Source: Octopus sinensis (lineage: Eukaryota). From it: a DNA stretch of 64,000 nucleotides. Both the position numbers and the translations under genes were made by a program. Under the pieces are notes generated by a model that had not been told where the DNA came from, made no database searches, and saw only the letters and a list, made by a program, of their open reading frames with translations. The number at the start of each line of letters is the position of its first letter. Within the stretch, counting starts at the first letter, position 1. Where the stretch lies: positions 86,242,001-86,306,000 of the forward strand of contig NC_042997.1 in NCBI RefSeq assembly GCF_006345805.1. Reading direction: 5' to 3'. Positions 13,023 to 25,600 of the stretch are shown piece after piece.

Positions 13023-14467
13023 CACTGAACTGCAAAAGAAACATGTGACGTGTGTGAATGTGAAATATGTTTTAATTTCCTTATGTCAGAGACAAATTTT
13101 GATAAATCTGATGAAGTCAATTTCATGGATGCACTTTGACCACAGTCTATGGGTCATTGTCATGTGTTCTGGTAGTGGACGGATCCAGCACATCAAGATT
13201 GTAGAGCATGACATGTTCAATAGCATGTATGTCCTCCCTGGGTGTTCAAAACAGCCATACATCATTGGTACATGGAGTGCATGAGGCGGTTCACAAAAGC
13301 CATTGGAACCTGTGCCCACATCCTGAGGAAAGCTGCCTCCAGTTCCATGTGAGTTGTTGGCCTTGGGACCACCTGGTTCAGCCGTCTCTGGATTTCATCC
13401 CACAGGTGTTCAATTGGGTTCAAATCCAGGCTGAGAGCCGGCCATGGCATGGTTCTGATGTTGTGCTGATGCAGGAAGTCCATGGTGACCCTGGCTGTGT
13501 AGGAGGGAGCATTGTCCTGCTGGAACACATGGCTATGGTGTCACATGAAGAAGGGCATGATTTGAGGTCTTAGGATCTGGTCAGCATAGTACTGCACTGT
13601 GATGCCATTCCTTCTGCCTGCACCAACATTTTGGAACATATGGGACCCAGTTCTCTGATTCAGGCCTATAGCACCCCAAGCCATGATGCTTTGGCCACCC
13701 CACACTTCTCGCTCTATGACACATGCATCCCTGTAGCATTCACCCCTCTTACGCCACACCCTCACTCTGCCATCCTAGGTGGAAACACAGTACCAGCTCA
13801 CATCAGAGAAGACTTTCGACTTCCATTGTTGATGCCACCAATGTTGGTGCAGTGTAGCCCACTGTAATCATGCCTGGTAGTGGTGTTGGGTTGTGAGGAC
13901 AGGCCCTCGAGCAGGAGAACGGCAAGGCAGGTTGTTGGCAGCCAGTGTCATCACTGATGGGTTGCTGTTGAGTGCCATTGGTCACACAAATTGTCAGGCT
14001 GGCCGGTCTGAAGAGATCACAGAGGTGTTGCAGGTGGATGAAGCGATCCAGTGCTGTTGGTGTTGTTGTATCGCTGTTGCAGGCAATAGATGGTGCTGAC
14101 ATGGACATCGTAAGCTTTTGCAAAAACCAGGGCATGCTGCCCTGCTTGCAATCAGCTGATTGCTTGTTCTCTCTACACTGCTGACAATCGGATCATACCT
14201 GATGCGTCCAAATTACAAATCTCAGGAACACGGTTCAAGTTGATTTTTATACCCATAATCTCCACGAGGTGCATGTGCATTTTGGTTTTCATGACAATTA
14301 TTTGCAACTACCATCCATGGAAAGTTGAAATGTTACCTGCAATTTGGGTCTCAGCCATAAACCAGCATGTCTTGGAATATTTACACTTACATTCCCGAAA
14401 TACATTTTCAGAATTTACCATATAAAAATGATATTTGAAAAAATCACGTTTCTTTTGCAGTTCACTG
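13023..14467 (-). mobile_element. Tc1-family DNA transposon (DD34E), full length, transposase pseudogenised
   Basis: TIRs cactgaactgcaaaagaaacatg and cacgtttcttttgcagttcactg are flanked by TA at 13021-22 and 14468-69. Minus-strand fragments are VFSD...*, RVWRKRGE...WGAI and FQQDNAP...DLNPIEHLW, with 34 residues between the second D and E. It contains stops and frameshifts. Confidence 0.92.
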
Positions 14468-14470
14468 TAT

Positions 14471-14830
14471 CTTTTCTTTTACTTGTTTCAGTCATTAGAC
14501 TGTGGTTATGCTGGGAAACTGCCCTAAAGAATCTTTAGTCAAACAAATCAACCCCAGCACTTATTATTTAAGACTGGTATTTATTCTGTCAGTCTATTTT
14601 GCTGAACTGCTATTTCACAGGGACATCAACTGGTTATCAAGCAGTGATATGAGACGAACACAAGGATACACATATGATAGGCTCCTTTTAGTTTCTGTCC
14701 ACCAAATCCACTCACAAGGCTTTGATTGGCTCAAGACTATAATAGAAGATACTTGCTCAAGATGCCATACAGTGGGATTGATCCCAGAACCATGTGGTTG
14801 GGAAGCAAACTTCTTACCACACAGCCATAC
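14471..14830 (-). mobile_element. tRNA-derived SINE (family C)
   Basis: The reverse complement matches gtatggctgtgtggtaagaagtttgcttcccaaccacatggttc...cagtctaatgactgaaacaagtaaaag. Confidence 0.8.
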
Positions 14831-14861
14831 ATGTGTATATATGTTTGTATATGTGTATACA

Positions 14862-14905
<44 letters not shown>

Positions 14906-14973
14906 TATACATACACACACACAGATGTCGCTGTGAGGTAAAATGTTTGCTTTTATATGTAGATATATATATA

Positions 14974-16202
14974 ATGCTTGACCAACTTACTAGTAATGGA
15001 AGAATTGGTGACGCGCATCCTTGATGATAGTGATGCTGTTGACATCATTTTATTGGACTTTGCCAAAGCTTTTGACTCGGTAAACCACTGCCTACTACTT
15101 GTCAAGCTTCAAGCATATAGTTTCCATCCGGATATTGTACGATGGGTTGGTGCCTTCCTCTCAGATCGCTCCTTCCAAGTTCAAGTTAATGGTTCGCGGT
15201 CCGACGTCTCCAGTGCGAGCAGTGGCGTGCCTCAAGGTTCAGTGCTTGGGCCCTTGTTGTTCTTAGTCTTCATAAATGACTTGCCCGACGACCTCACGCA
15301 ACACACCCTTCTATTTGCCGACGATATCAAACTGGTCGCTCCTCGCGGTAGTATAGAGGATCTTCGTCGATGCCTCCACCAAATTTGGAAGTGGTCTAAC
15401 GATTGGGACCTGTGTCTGAACGTGTCAAAGTGCTGTCATCTGCCTGTCGGCTCTACTCCTGCAACTCAACTTGATTTCAAGCCGGGTCGTCTGCTGCTGG
15501 AGAGGACCGATCAGGTAAAGGACCTGGGTATCTTGGTGGATTCCTCCTTTTCGCCTTCGGCCCAGTGCGTCCATGCTGCCAACAAAGCGCGCGGAATTCT
15601 GTTTTTGATTCGACGGTCATTCGGAATGCTCACAGCAGCCATATTCCTGCCACTCTATGTCACGCTGGTGAGACCCATATTGGAGTATGGGATTCAAGCC
15701 TCTTCTCCTTATCTCCTCAAAGACATACAGCACCTCGAAAGAGTCCAGAGGCTGGCTACCCGCATGGTTCATGGTCTCAAAAATTTGTCCTACGAAGAAA
15801 GGCTGAGGACGCTCGACCTTTATTCTCTTGAAAAACACCGCCGCCGTGGTGATCTCATTCTCGCCCACAACATCATAAGCGGGAAGTGTAACCTCTCGAA
15901 AGAGCTGTTCTTCACTCCTGCTCCGGAGCGTCGGCTGCGGGGTCATTCCGAAAAGCTCTACCTGCGACGATTTCATCTCAATCGAAGGAGAGGAGCTTTC
16001 TCCGTCCGGGTTGCGGATCCGTGGAACAAGCTGCCAGACAAGATGGTGAAGATGCCGACGACCGCTTTGTTCAAAGCCTCCCTGGACCTCAAGTGGCCTG
16101 AACTCTTTACATGAACACCACCCTGTACTTAACTCCATGTCCCCCTACATGGCCTTGCTATTTGCTTTTGAGCCAAATTAACTAACTAACTAACTAACTA
16201 AA
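14974..16202 (+). mobile_element. CR1-type LINE, 5'-truncated young copy with (CTAA)n tail
   Basis: The uninterrupted 378-aa ORF 14978-16114 has RT motifs LDFAKAFDSV, SGVPQGSVLGPLLF, LFADD and DLG, plus a CR1-like C-terminus (LERVQRLATRM...LSYEERL...RRRGDLI...LRGHS). The tail aactaactaactaactaa lies at about 16180-16202. Confidence 0.9.
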
Positions 16203-16267
16203 TCTCTGTTGGTTCTACATTTGCAAGTAACTATGAGTAATGGAAATTGGAGCCCTACAGTTATACT

Positions 16268-16385
16268 ATACATACATACATACAGACAGACGTACATACA
16301 TACATGCATGCATACATACATACATACATACATACATACATACATACATACATACATACATACATACATACATACATACATACAT
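16268..16385 (+). repeat. (TACA)n microsatellite
   Basis: Long tacatacata array. Confidence 0.95.
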
Positions 16386-17217
16386 GCATGCATGCATACA
16401 CTCACACAGACATGTGTGTGTGTATATATATATGTGTGTGTGTATAAATGTGTGTAAGTGTGTGTGTATGTTTTGCAACTATGTACCATGTTTGTATGTA
16501 TGGATGTGCATCTCCATATGTAGGGACATGTGTCTCCATATGTGTCCTTGTGTGAAGTAAAGTGTGTGTGTATATATGGTCTTGTCTTTCAGTCTTCATT
16601 TGTGTATGTGTGCTTGTCTGTTCATATAACCTATGTTCCTATCCGTCTCTATGTTGATCTGTTTACTTTCATATCCATATGCTTACATATTGTACATACA
16701 CTGTTAATAAGCCAGTTATTGTAGTATTTGTCATAAAATAAACCTTTCTTATAGACTTGTTATGTTAAATACAATAACTATCAGAGGGAGGTAAAAATCT
16801 GTAATTTGTTTACAAGACAACATCTATGACATTGCTCAGTGTATTAGAAAAAGGAACCAAACTCTCATTCTACTATCTTTAAAACACAAAAAAGAAGGAT
16901 ACATTAGTACTGAGGCTCTAGATACATTGTGCCTAAGAAATAAAATTTTTAAATGTAGAATGGTTTTTGAACATAAGTTTTCATGATGAGAGTTGAGCTC
17001 TTTCTAAACAACATTATCTAAATAGAAATTTAAAGCAGAAGAGTTTTGATAGAATTTAAGGTCATCCATTCCAGAGACATGGTTAATTATAGTAAGTTAT
17101 ATTTGTCATTTCTGAAAACCTACAAGTTCCACTAAGTTTAATTCAGTTGTTTTGCATCAAATATATCTCTTGATATAACCTGAGTTATTATTATTAAAAG
17201 CATGCTTCTATTTTCAG

Positions 17218-17400
17218 GTCGGACACCGGAAAATGAAATTGATGAGCAGAAAGAGCGTCCACCCCGACGGAAAGACAACTTTCCCGAACTCTTCAGGAAA
17301 CTTGTCATTGGAGTGATGGTAATCTTAGTACTGCTTGGAGTACTGGCTTGTGTGTGTCACTTTCAAAAGTACACGATGCGGGCTGTCTCCTGGGACTCTG
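17218..17400 (+). CDS. Internal exon of the LDLa-TM protein: juxtamembrane stalk plus transmembrane helix
   Basis: Acceptor cttctattttcag at 17217 and donor gttagt at 17401, phase 1-1. It completes Cys (t+gt) and encodes RTPENEIDEQKERPPRRKDNFPELFRK-LVIGVMVILVLLGVLACVC-HFQKYTMRAVSWDS. Confidence 0.92.
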
Positions 17401-18088
17401 GTTAGTTATTCATTTTCCTTTTTTATTTTTGTGCCAGATTTTGGCTCACAAAGTTTTGGAGTAGGATTATTGTCAATTATATTGACTACAGTATGCAACT
17501 AGTTCCTATTTTATCAACCTTGAATGGGGAAAAGCAAAGCCAAGCATGGCAGGAATCAAACACAATTTTAAAATGCATAACTTAATATCACAAGGTATTG
17601 TATCTGATACCCGACTGATTCTTCCATCCACCTCCAGATATATATATTCACAGAGCCAAAGTTTGTGAATTGGTAGAAAGTTTATCTCACACTAGTCAGT
17701 TGAAATACCTTTTAATAACAGCATCTACAAGAATTTCTTGCAACTCCAAGCCGGAAATTACAGCCTATAAGAGGTTGCAAGAGAACCTCTGTATGATTGA
17801 TCAATCTAGCAGCAAAATCTCCCTCAAATTATGTTAGGTCTTACAACACAGAACACATTGGATAATGTTGCTCTAAATACAGTGTACATAGGGGAAAAAA
17901 GGACAGAAATGCCTTCTTTAATCATAGATCTGCTCAGTTAGAACTCTAATCTGGGGCTAAATAACATCAGCTGTGGAATGTTGGGCTTAACAGTTTGAAC
18001 TGATTAAGCATGTGTAGTAAACTGGTTTCAGAAACTTAATTATTACACAACATTTGATGCATGTATTTGAATTTTAATGGCAGAAATA

Positions 18089-19003
18089 TTGGATCATCCC
18101 ATAAATAATGAGGTTTTTATACCTCTTTTATTTTTCAAAACTAAAACAAAGTTTTTTTTTAAATCCAAAATATACCCTCTTTCATCTTCTACAATGCTCT
18201 TTCATCTATCTGGTAGACTTACAAGGTCCCTCTTCTAAAATTCACTTGTCTGTGTTGAAAAATAATCCTCCAGTACTGTTCTGACCTTGTTTACAGAATT
18301 CATATTTTCCCATCCAAATGATTTTAAAGATTGCAGAATAAATGATAATCAGATGGGGCAATGTCCAGCAAATATGGTGTGTAGGGCATTGTTTCCAATT
18401 CAAATTGCTCCAGCCTTTGAAATATTATCCTCACTCAATGTGTCCAAACATCATCCTGATGGAAGAACACCTTCTGTCTTGAAACCAAAGATTGTCAATT
18501 TTGTTCTAGTGCTGACTTAAATGACTGGTTGAATGACCAAATCCAAGCTTTTCTGCTAGTTCCTCAACAGTTACGATGGGATTTTGTTCCACCAGGGTTT
18601 GCAGGACATCCTCATCAAACTCTACAGATCTTCCAGGATGAGACTTTTCTAGGCTATAATTTCCAACTCGGAATGTCTGGAACCACTGTGGACACTGGCT
18701 TACACTTGTTGTCCGATCCCCATATACTGTGTTAACATTCCTCACACTTTCCATTGCGTCTTTGCCTTTATTGAACTCATAAAGCAAAATATGCTGAATA
18801 TGCTCCTTTGTCACTTCCATTATAGCTTTGAAAAAATAAATGTTAAAATAGAACTGCACTCTTCAAAATTTGCACTAAGAATAACTACAAGGTAAAATTA
18901 CTACCTGCTTTTATAGCAAGTTGATACAGATAGTTTATCCCATCCCCCTCCGACTTTTAGTTCATACAGTTGGAAAAACTGCATTATTTATGGGATGATC
19001 CAA
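18089..19003 (-). mobile_element. mariner-family transposon, internally deleted
   Basis: Perfect TIRs ttggatcatcccataaataatg are flanked by TA (18087-88, 19004-05). The minus-strand N-terminus MEVTKEHIQHILLYEFNKG...QWFQTFRVGNYSLE...PGRSVEFDED is a mariner HTH, and the remnant DIAPSDYHLF carries the third catalytic D. The central catalytic region is missing. Confidence 0.9.
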
Positions 19004-19476
19004 TATATTTCACATTAGTAAGTTGTGTTTCAAGACAGCTGAAACAGATAAATTTCACATGCATTATTATTTTTTGTTCAAACTTTGGTGGCGTTGACAT
19101 TGTCTTCCATCTTGGAGAGTAGAAGAGTTAAAGTAAGTACCAGTTGTGTATTTAGGACAATTTCTACCAAAGTACTTCTCTTCCCCAAATTTCTAAATGT
19201 TCACTGATGTAAGATAATAGCAGTGGATTGGCAGGATCGTGAACAAAATGCTTAGCAGTATTTCTGGTTTTTTTACGTTCAGAGTGCAAATCCTACCAAG
19301 GATAACTTGATCTATCATCTTTCTGAGGTTGATAAAATAAAGAACCAATTAATCTCCACTCAGAATTACAGGCCTTAATCTCTTCTTAGAAATTCAGTCT
19401 TATTATTACTATTTCATACCTGTTTTTTTTTGTCATTTGTTCTTGCATTGTCCACTCAACCATCATCTGGATAGGT

Positions 19477-19871
19477 GGGGAAGGGGAAGGAAGCACTCCA
19501 TCAGTTACGACGATGAGGGTTCCGGTTGATCCGAATCAACGGAACAGCCTGCTCGTGAAATTAATGTGTAAGTGGCTGAGCACTCCACAGACACGTGTAC
19601 CCTTAACGTAGTTCTCGGGGATATTAAGCGTGACACAGAGAGTGACAAGGCTGGCCCTTTGAAATACAGGTACAACAGAAACAGGAAGTAAGAGTGAGAG
19701 AAAGTTGTGGTGAAAGAGTACAGCAGGGATCACCACCATCCCCTGCTGGAGCCTCGTAGAGCTTTAGGTGTTTTCGCTCAATAAACACTCACAACGCCCG
19801 GTCTGGGAATCGGAACCGCAATCCTATGACCGCGAGTCCGCTGCCCTAACCACTGGGCCATTGTGCCTCCA
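19477..19871 (-). mobile_element. tRNA-derived SINE (family A), full length with TSD
   Basis: It is the reverse complement of the 6827-7210 copy (roughly 90% identical by eye). The direct repeat catctggataggt lies at 19464-19476 and 19872-19884. Confidence 0.92.
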
Positions 19872-19894
19872 CATCTGGATAGGTAATCATCTGG

Positions 19895-20310
19895 ACAAAA
19901 GGCTTAGCAGTATTTTGCCTGTTGCTACGTTCTGAGTTCAGATTCCACCAAGGTCATCTTTTCAGGGTTGATAAATTAAGTACTAGTTGAATACTGGGGT
20001 CGATGTAATCGACTATCCCCTCCCCCAAATTTCAGGCCTTGTGCCTATGATACACACGATTATTATTATTATTGTTAAGATGATGAGCTGGCAGAATCAT
20101 TAGCATGCTGGGGGAAATTTTTAGCAATATTTCATCTATTCCTACATTCTGAGTTCAAATGCTGCTGAGGTCAACTTTGCCTTTCGTCCTTTTGGGGGTC
20201 GATAAATTAAGTACCAGTGAAACATTGAGGTGGTTGTAATCAACTAGTCTCCTCCCCTCAAATTTCAGGCCTTGTGCCTTTAGTAGAAAGGATTATTGTT
20301 ATCATTATTA
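19895..20310 (+). mobile_element. Two tandem Nin/Deu-domain-like SINEs (family B) with (ATT)n tails
   Basis: Each has ttctgagttca(a/g)att...ggtcgataaattaagtac...ctggggtcgat...aatttcaggccttgtgcct and ends in attattatt. The motif gcctttc.tcctttt..ggtcgataaattaagtaccag resembles the Deu/Nin central domain. Confidence 0.8.
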
Positions 20311-22617
20311 TTCATGTCAGTTCTCAAAGCATACACATGTTTACTTTGCTCTGAAGATAGACCATATAGCATTACCAAAGGAATTTTTTTTCTTTTACTA
20401 AAGTGATGATAACAGACATTGGAAACAATGGAGATTTGTGGCTAGTCATCAGTTTTGTTGGCAAGTAGCTAAAACAAATCTAAAGAGAGGTGATATGTAA
20501 TCAAGCAAAATCAAAATTACTCCTTCAACTGGGCACAGTTCATGTATGACCACAAATCCATTCCAGAGAAAGTGCTGAGTAATGAGGTTTACAATACAGG
20601 GTAAAAAACCTAATTAGTATATTTGTCAAAGTAAAAACCTTTCCAGAACCTCTTACTCTGAAGAACTACAAAGTTTAGGGAAAGGGAAAGTAATGGTGAT
20701 AAACCAAGACAGCAACAAGAGCTACAGACCTCAGTTTCCAGAATACTATCAGTCAAAAATTCAAGAATAACAGTATAAATTTCTTTCTGCCCTCTTAAAA
20801 ACCTAGCACATAAATACCCTGTCCTATAACAGTAGCAAGTATAGCGTAACTCCATCACAAAGTAGTGCAAAGGAAATAATGTTTTCTGGAGAAAGAGCAC
20901 AAATTGTTGAAGAAAACTCCAAGGTAGAAAAATATTCAAAAACTGAAAAATCAACATAAAACAATTAAAATACATTAAAAGGAACAAGTTCCACTGAACA
21001 ACAATGACACTCCTCCAAAAAGAACAAAGACGATGAAGAGGAGGACAAAGAACTGAGATTCACCATCATTTGAAAATCAGATAGACTGATCAAATCACAC
21101 TTCTGCAGTGCCATGGATTTTTTGATGAAGTTAAAATAACATAGGCACTGTTAGGTATGGAATATAGGCAACATACAACAGATAGATAGTTTGTATAAAA
21201 AAATTATGGCAATCTTAGCCTGAAGATGTGGGCGCTTTTTGACTCCAGTTTTTGGGTGCTCAATATGAACAGTAGCAGGAGGGCATAGATGTGGGGTCCT
21301 GTAACCTGACCTGGCCAGTCATTCTTCATCTTTGTTTCTTTTAATTATTCTGTGAACTAACTTCTTTTTTAAAGACAGAAAGTCTAAAATTTTAAATCAG
21401 AGCAAACAATCTGTTTGACAATCAAATACATAAATTTTTATATATTTATTTAATTATTATTTTCACCTTTCTTCTTCATATTCCCCGTTTTCTTATTCAT
21501 TTAACCAAACAATCAAATTTTATTTATTTTTTTGTTTTTAACATTCCATGTTTTAGTTTTCCTTTACAAACCACAAAATGTATAATACAGCAATATTTGA
21601 TGACTTAAAATAGCATGTAAATTAAAAAGCAATCAAACATTTCAGTGCATTATTATTGTTTACTCTGTTACAGATATTCTTGTAATTGAAGTTTATTTTG
21701 TTGCTGTTGTTAATTCTGTTAATGTTTTGGTTTGTTTTTGTTTTTTGGGTTTTTTTTTAATTTCAATTTAATTTGTGATGTCTAGCAATAAAATTAATAT
21801 CAAAATCATCATGTTGTGCATTTGTTTTAAACTCTGAACAGAACGAACAAGAAATATTTTTGGTATTTGTTTATTCATTTCTCTTTTATTTACAAAGTTG
21901 ACTATTATATCTTAAATCTAATATACAGAAATACCCCCCACACACACACACACACAACTGTAATGCAATCACAATTTAATGCTAGATTGGCTCTGAATTT
22001 GCAGATCTGTGATGAAGTGTTAAAATTGTGACCATCCTATTATTCCCCTTTTACAGACACACAGATTAGATTATTGCATGTGGCCTTCATTTTTAAGAGA
22101 GCAGAGTGTGATTTTAGGAGGATTTGACTGCTGTTTCTAGTAACTCAGGCAAGCATAAACAGGGTTCTTATTTGTTCTTATGTATCTCTATCATAAAAAA
22201 AAATAAGAGAATGAAATTAAATTTTGAAAGATTTTTAGAAACAACACAAAACTGGAACTCCTGTGAAATCCACTGTATGAGTAACCTATTGAAATTTTCC
22301 TTTCCTCTAAATAACAAGCACTATTCTAAATTCCTAATAATGTTTCTAGCAGAGTAAAGGGATTTTAGCTTTGGTTTTATCAGATTAGAGAGTGAGGGTT
22401 CAATTCCATCTAGTTCATGTATGTTTTTTTTTTGTTTTTAGTTTTTCCTGTTTATAATTTGTCTTTTAGTTTTATGGTATGGGATTAATGGTGTTAAAAT
22501 CAAGTTTAGCAATTAAATGACAATTAGACAACCAATATCACACTTATTTGTTAAATAAGCAGAGAGGATGAACAACAAATACATCACTATAATGTTAATT
22601 ATACAGAAAAGTGTTTG

Positions 22618-22659
<42 letters not shown>

Positions 22660-22692
22660 TTTATGCATGCTTTCCATGCTGGCATGGGTTGA
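22618..22692 (-). mobile_element. RTE 3'-tail remnant with (CAT)n
   Basis: The (cat)n run is followed by ttccatgctggcatgggttg, the shared RTE 3' end. Confidence 0.6.
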
Positions 22693-23793
22693 ATGAGCTG
22701 TCATAGTTCAAGATGGTTTTTAATTGGATTTACAGCCATCCTAGGCATGCTCCTCCAACCACACTTCATTCATGTGTTTTATTTTGGTATAATTTATGTC
22801 TAGATTCCCTTCCTGACACCAACTATGTCACAGAGTGTGCTGGATTTGTATTTTATCATGGCACTAGTACTAAAAGGGATCTTCATATCTTGGAAAAGTC
22901 TAAAGGGTCTGCTTGGCCCTACACTGTCTCTGCTCATTTACCGACCAATTTTATCATAGCACCAGCATTAGTGAGATTACTTTGTACTCTGCAAGATAAG
23001 ATCCACAATCTTCTGTGCTATCACTGTTTGTTCAGCATATGACTAATAGTGTGAAAAGAAGAGAGTGGGAGTGATTATAGTTGATGAACTTGAGTAAGAG
23101 TGGTGGGGAGACAGTATAGAGTGAGGAAATATGATTGGGTTACAGTGTGGAAATAGGAAAGACAGTGCTAGAGGAGTTATGAGGAATAGTAAAGGCATAT
23201 ATATAATAGATGAGAGACAATAATGGTAGTTACATGTTTACAGGAGAAGGTTAGTTATAGAAATGGCCACTTGTGAGAGAGTGCAATGGATGCTAGAAAT
23301 GAGTAATCTAAAGGAGAAGGAGTGACAGGTAGTAGTGTATAAGGGGGTGGTAACATTAGTTAGCAGCGGGGTAATGTTAGTTGGTGAGAGAGAACACTGG
23401 TGATGGATAGTTAAGATAGCGATGCAAATAGCAGAGCCTAGTAAATAGTTTAACGTTCTTGCTATTGCATTCAAAAATTTACATTGTAGAAAACCTTCCT
23501 TTCAACAATACAAGCTGAATAATCAATGTATATGTGTTCTCCTTACATTTACTATAAAGTGTAACACCAATACAAAATAATCTCATATAACAACCACTGA
23601 ATATTGACAAATATTTTTCAATTTCACTTTCTTATTTATTGTTGCACATAACTATAAGATAACTTAATATTCATTACATATAACTAACTTAATGCTTGGT
23701 GATGACATTCTATATAGATTGAAAACTATAAATAATCTATAACAACACCTGAAGATGAGCAGAGGTGAAAACGATCATGGCATGAATGATTTA

Positions 23794-23849
<56 letters not shown>

Positions 23850-24057
23850 TCATGAGACTTTGGTTGAATATAATTGCCCAAAATACAATGTAGTAGGATC
23901 AAGCCCAGAACAAACTTATTAATGCATTCCTACATGTCCAATGAAACAAACACACACACACACACGGAGGATTTCTTTATGATCTTACACTAGAAAACAT
24001 TAGGTACTTGATGCAATGTGCACAGTGACCAGAAACCAATAAAGAATAACAAAAGTC

Positions 24058-24425
24058 ATGGCTATGTGTTAAGAAGCTTGCTTCCCAACTATATGGTTCC
24101 AGGTTCAGTTCCACTACATAGTATCTTGGGCAAGTGTGAGTGGATTTGATAGGCGGAAACTGAAAGAAGCTGGTTGTATATATACATATATATATGTATG
24201 TATATATTTATGTATGTGTCTTGTGTTTGCCCCCAACCATCACTTGACAACCGATGTTGGTGTGTTTACCTCCCTGTAACTTAGCAATTTAACAAAAGAA
24301 ACTGATAGAATAAGTACTAGGCTTACAAAGAATAAGTCCTGGGATTGATTTCTTTCACTAAAAATCCTTTATGGTGGTACTCCAGCATGGCCACAGTTAA
24401 ATGACTGAAACAAGTAAAAGAAAAG
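24058..24425 (+). mobile_element. tRNA-derived SINE (family C)
   Basis: catggctatgtgttaagaagcttgcttcccaac...gatagaataagtactaggcttacaaagaataagtcctgg...gactgaaacaagtaaaag. Confidence 0.8.
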
Positions 24426-24554
24426 AATATATATAAATAGATATAGATATCACTATAGTCATTGCAAATCTTTACTACAACCTTTTTTTTATCAATTTAT
24501 ATTTTTAACTTTATTATTATATTCATATATTGCTTTTCTTTTTATCTTTTTTAG

Positions 24555-25090
24555 ATTCCCTCGATTCTGTATCATCATTTTCGGCCCAACCAGAACCTCA
24601 AGACACCACTGGAGGAAACGCAATATGTCTCACTGATTTTAGTTTTCAAAAACCTGCTGAAGAATTGTCCACTATGACAACATTAGACCCTTTCCCGCCT
24701 TCCGAAGTTAGTGGAGCCACCGGTGGGAGCAGCTTTATGATGCAGTCACCCCAGACGTCGACGTCAGCTTTAGAGTGCGTCAGTTGGGCAGAAATACATC
24801 CACCCCCACCAGGAAGCAGTGGTGCTACTGGTGGTGTTAGTGGTGCCAGTGGTGGCGGTGGCGGTGGTGCCACTGCTTCCAACACCTTGTCACCGACATC
24901 CGCACTCGGGCAGCAGCGTGTGGACACGTGGGGTGTCCTGCAGCCAACAGTGCTGCCATCTTCGCCACCAGCCTTACCAGTTGTACCACCCCGACCATCC
25001 ACCTCACCTGTAATTATATCATCCACTTCTGATTTGCCCACTTATGAAGAAGTTATGACCCGTAGGCGGCGTGGAGATGCTGAACTTTAA
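24555..25090 (+). CDS. Terminal coding exon of the LDLa-TM protein: low-complexity cytoplasmic tail with LPxY motif
   Basis: Acceptor tttatcttttttag at 24554, phase 1 (g+at = Asp), in frame with the previous exon. The GC-rich 178-codon frame is Pro/Ser/Gly-rich and ends SDLPTYEEVMTRRRRGDAEL, with stop TAA at 25088-25090. Confidence 0.9.
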
Positions 25091-25137
25091 TATCAATAAT
25101 AATATTTCAATTATTGTTGAGGTTATTATCATTATTA

Positions 25138-25174
<37 letters not shown>

Positions 25175-25545
25175 GCTCTAATTCTATTTTCATGATTTAG
25201 CTTCTCTTTCTTTCACTGCTCTTGTTTGTTTTTTGTTTTCTTTGTTTTGTTTTGGTTTCGGATTTTGTTTTTTGTTGGGTTTTTTTTTTTATCTGATAAC
25301 AAAAATATTTTCTTTGAAATTGTGTGATCTTTGTAAGATCAAAGTTAGTGGCTTTCCAAAGATACAATACAGGATTGTAAGAATACAAATAGCACAGACA
25401 AAAGAAATTTAGCAAACACATTTTTTGTGGGGCAGTGGGGCGGTTGATGTAATTATATCAAAATTCTGGATTTTGTGGGTGGTTAACTTTCTGAATAGTA
25501 TATCTATTCCTTGTCTGTCCTCTGTTCTCCCTCACCATTAATATG

Positions 25546-25600
<55 letters not shown>

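Noticed and set aside
24646-25041. 131-aa antisense ORF over the terminal exon
   Set aside because: It is a shadow frame of a GC-rich low-complexity coding exon.
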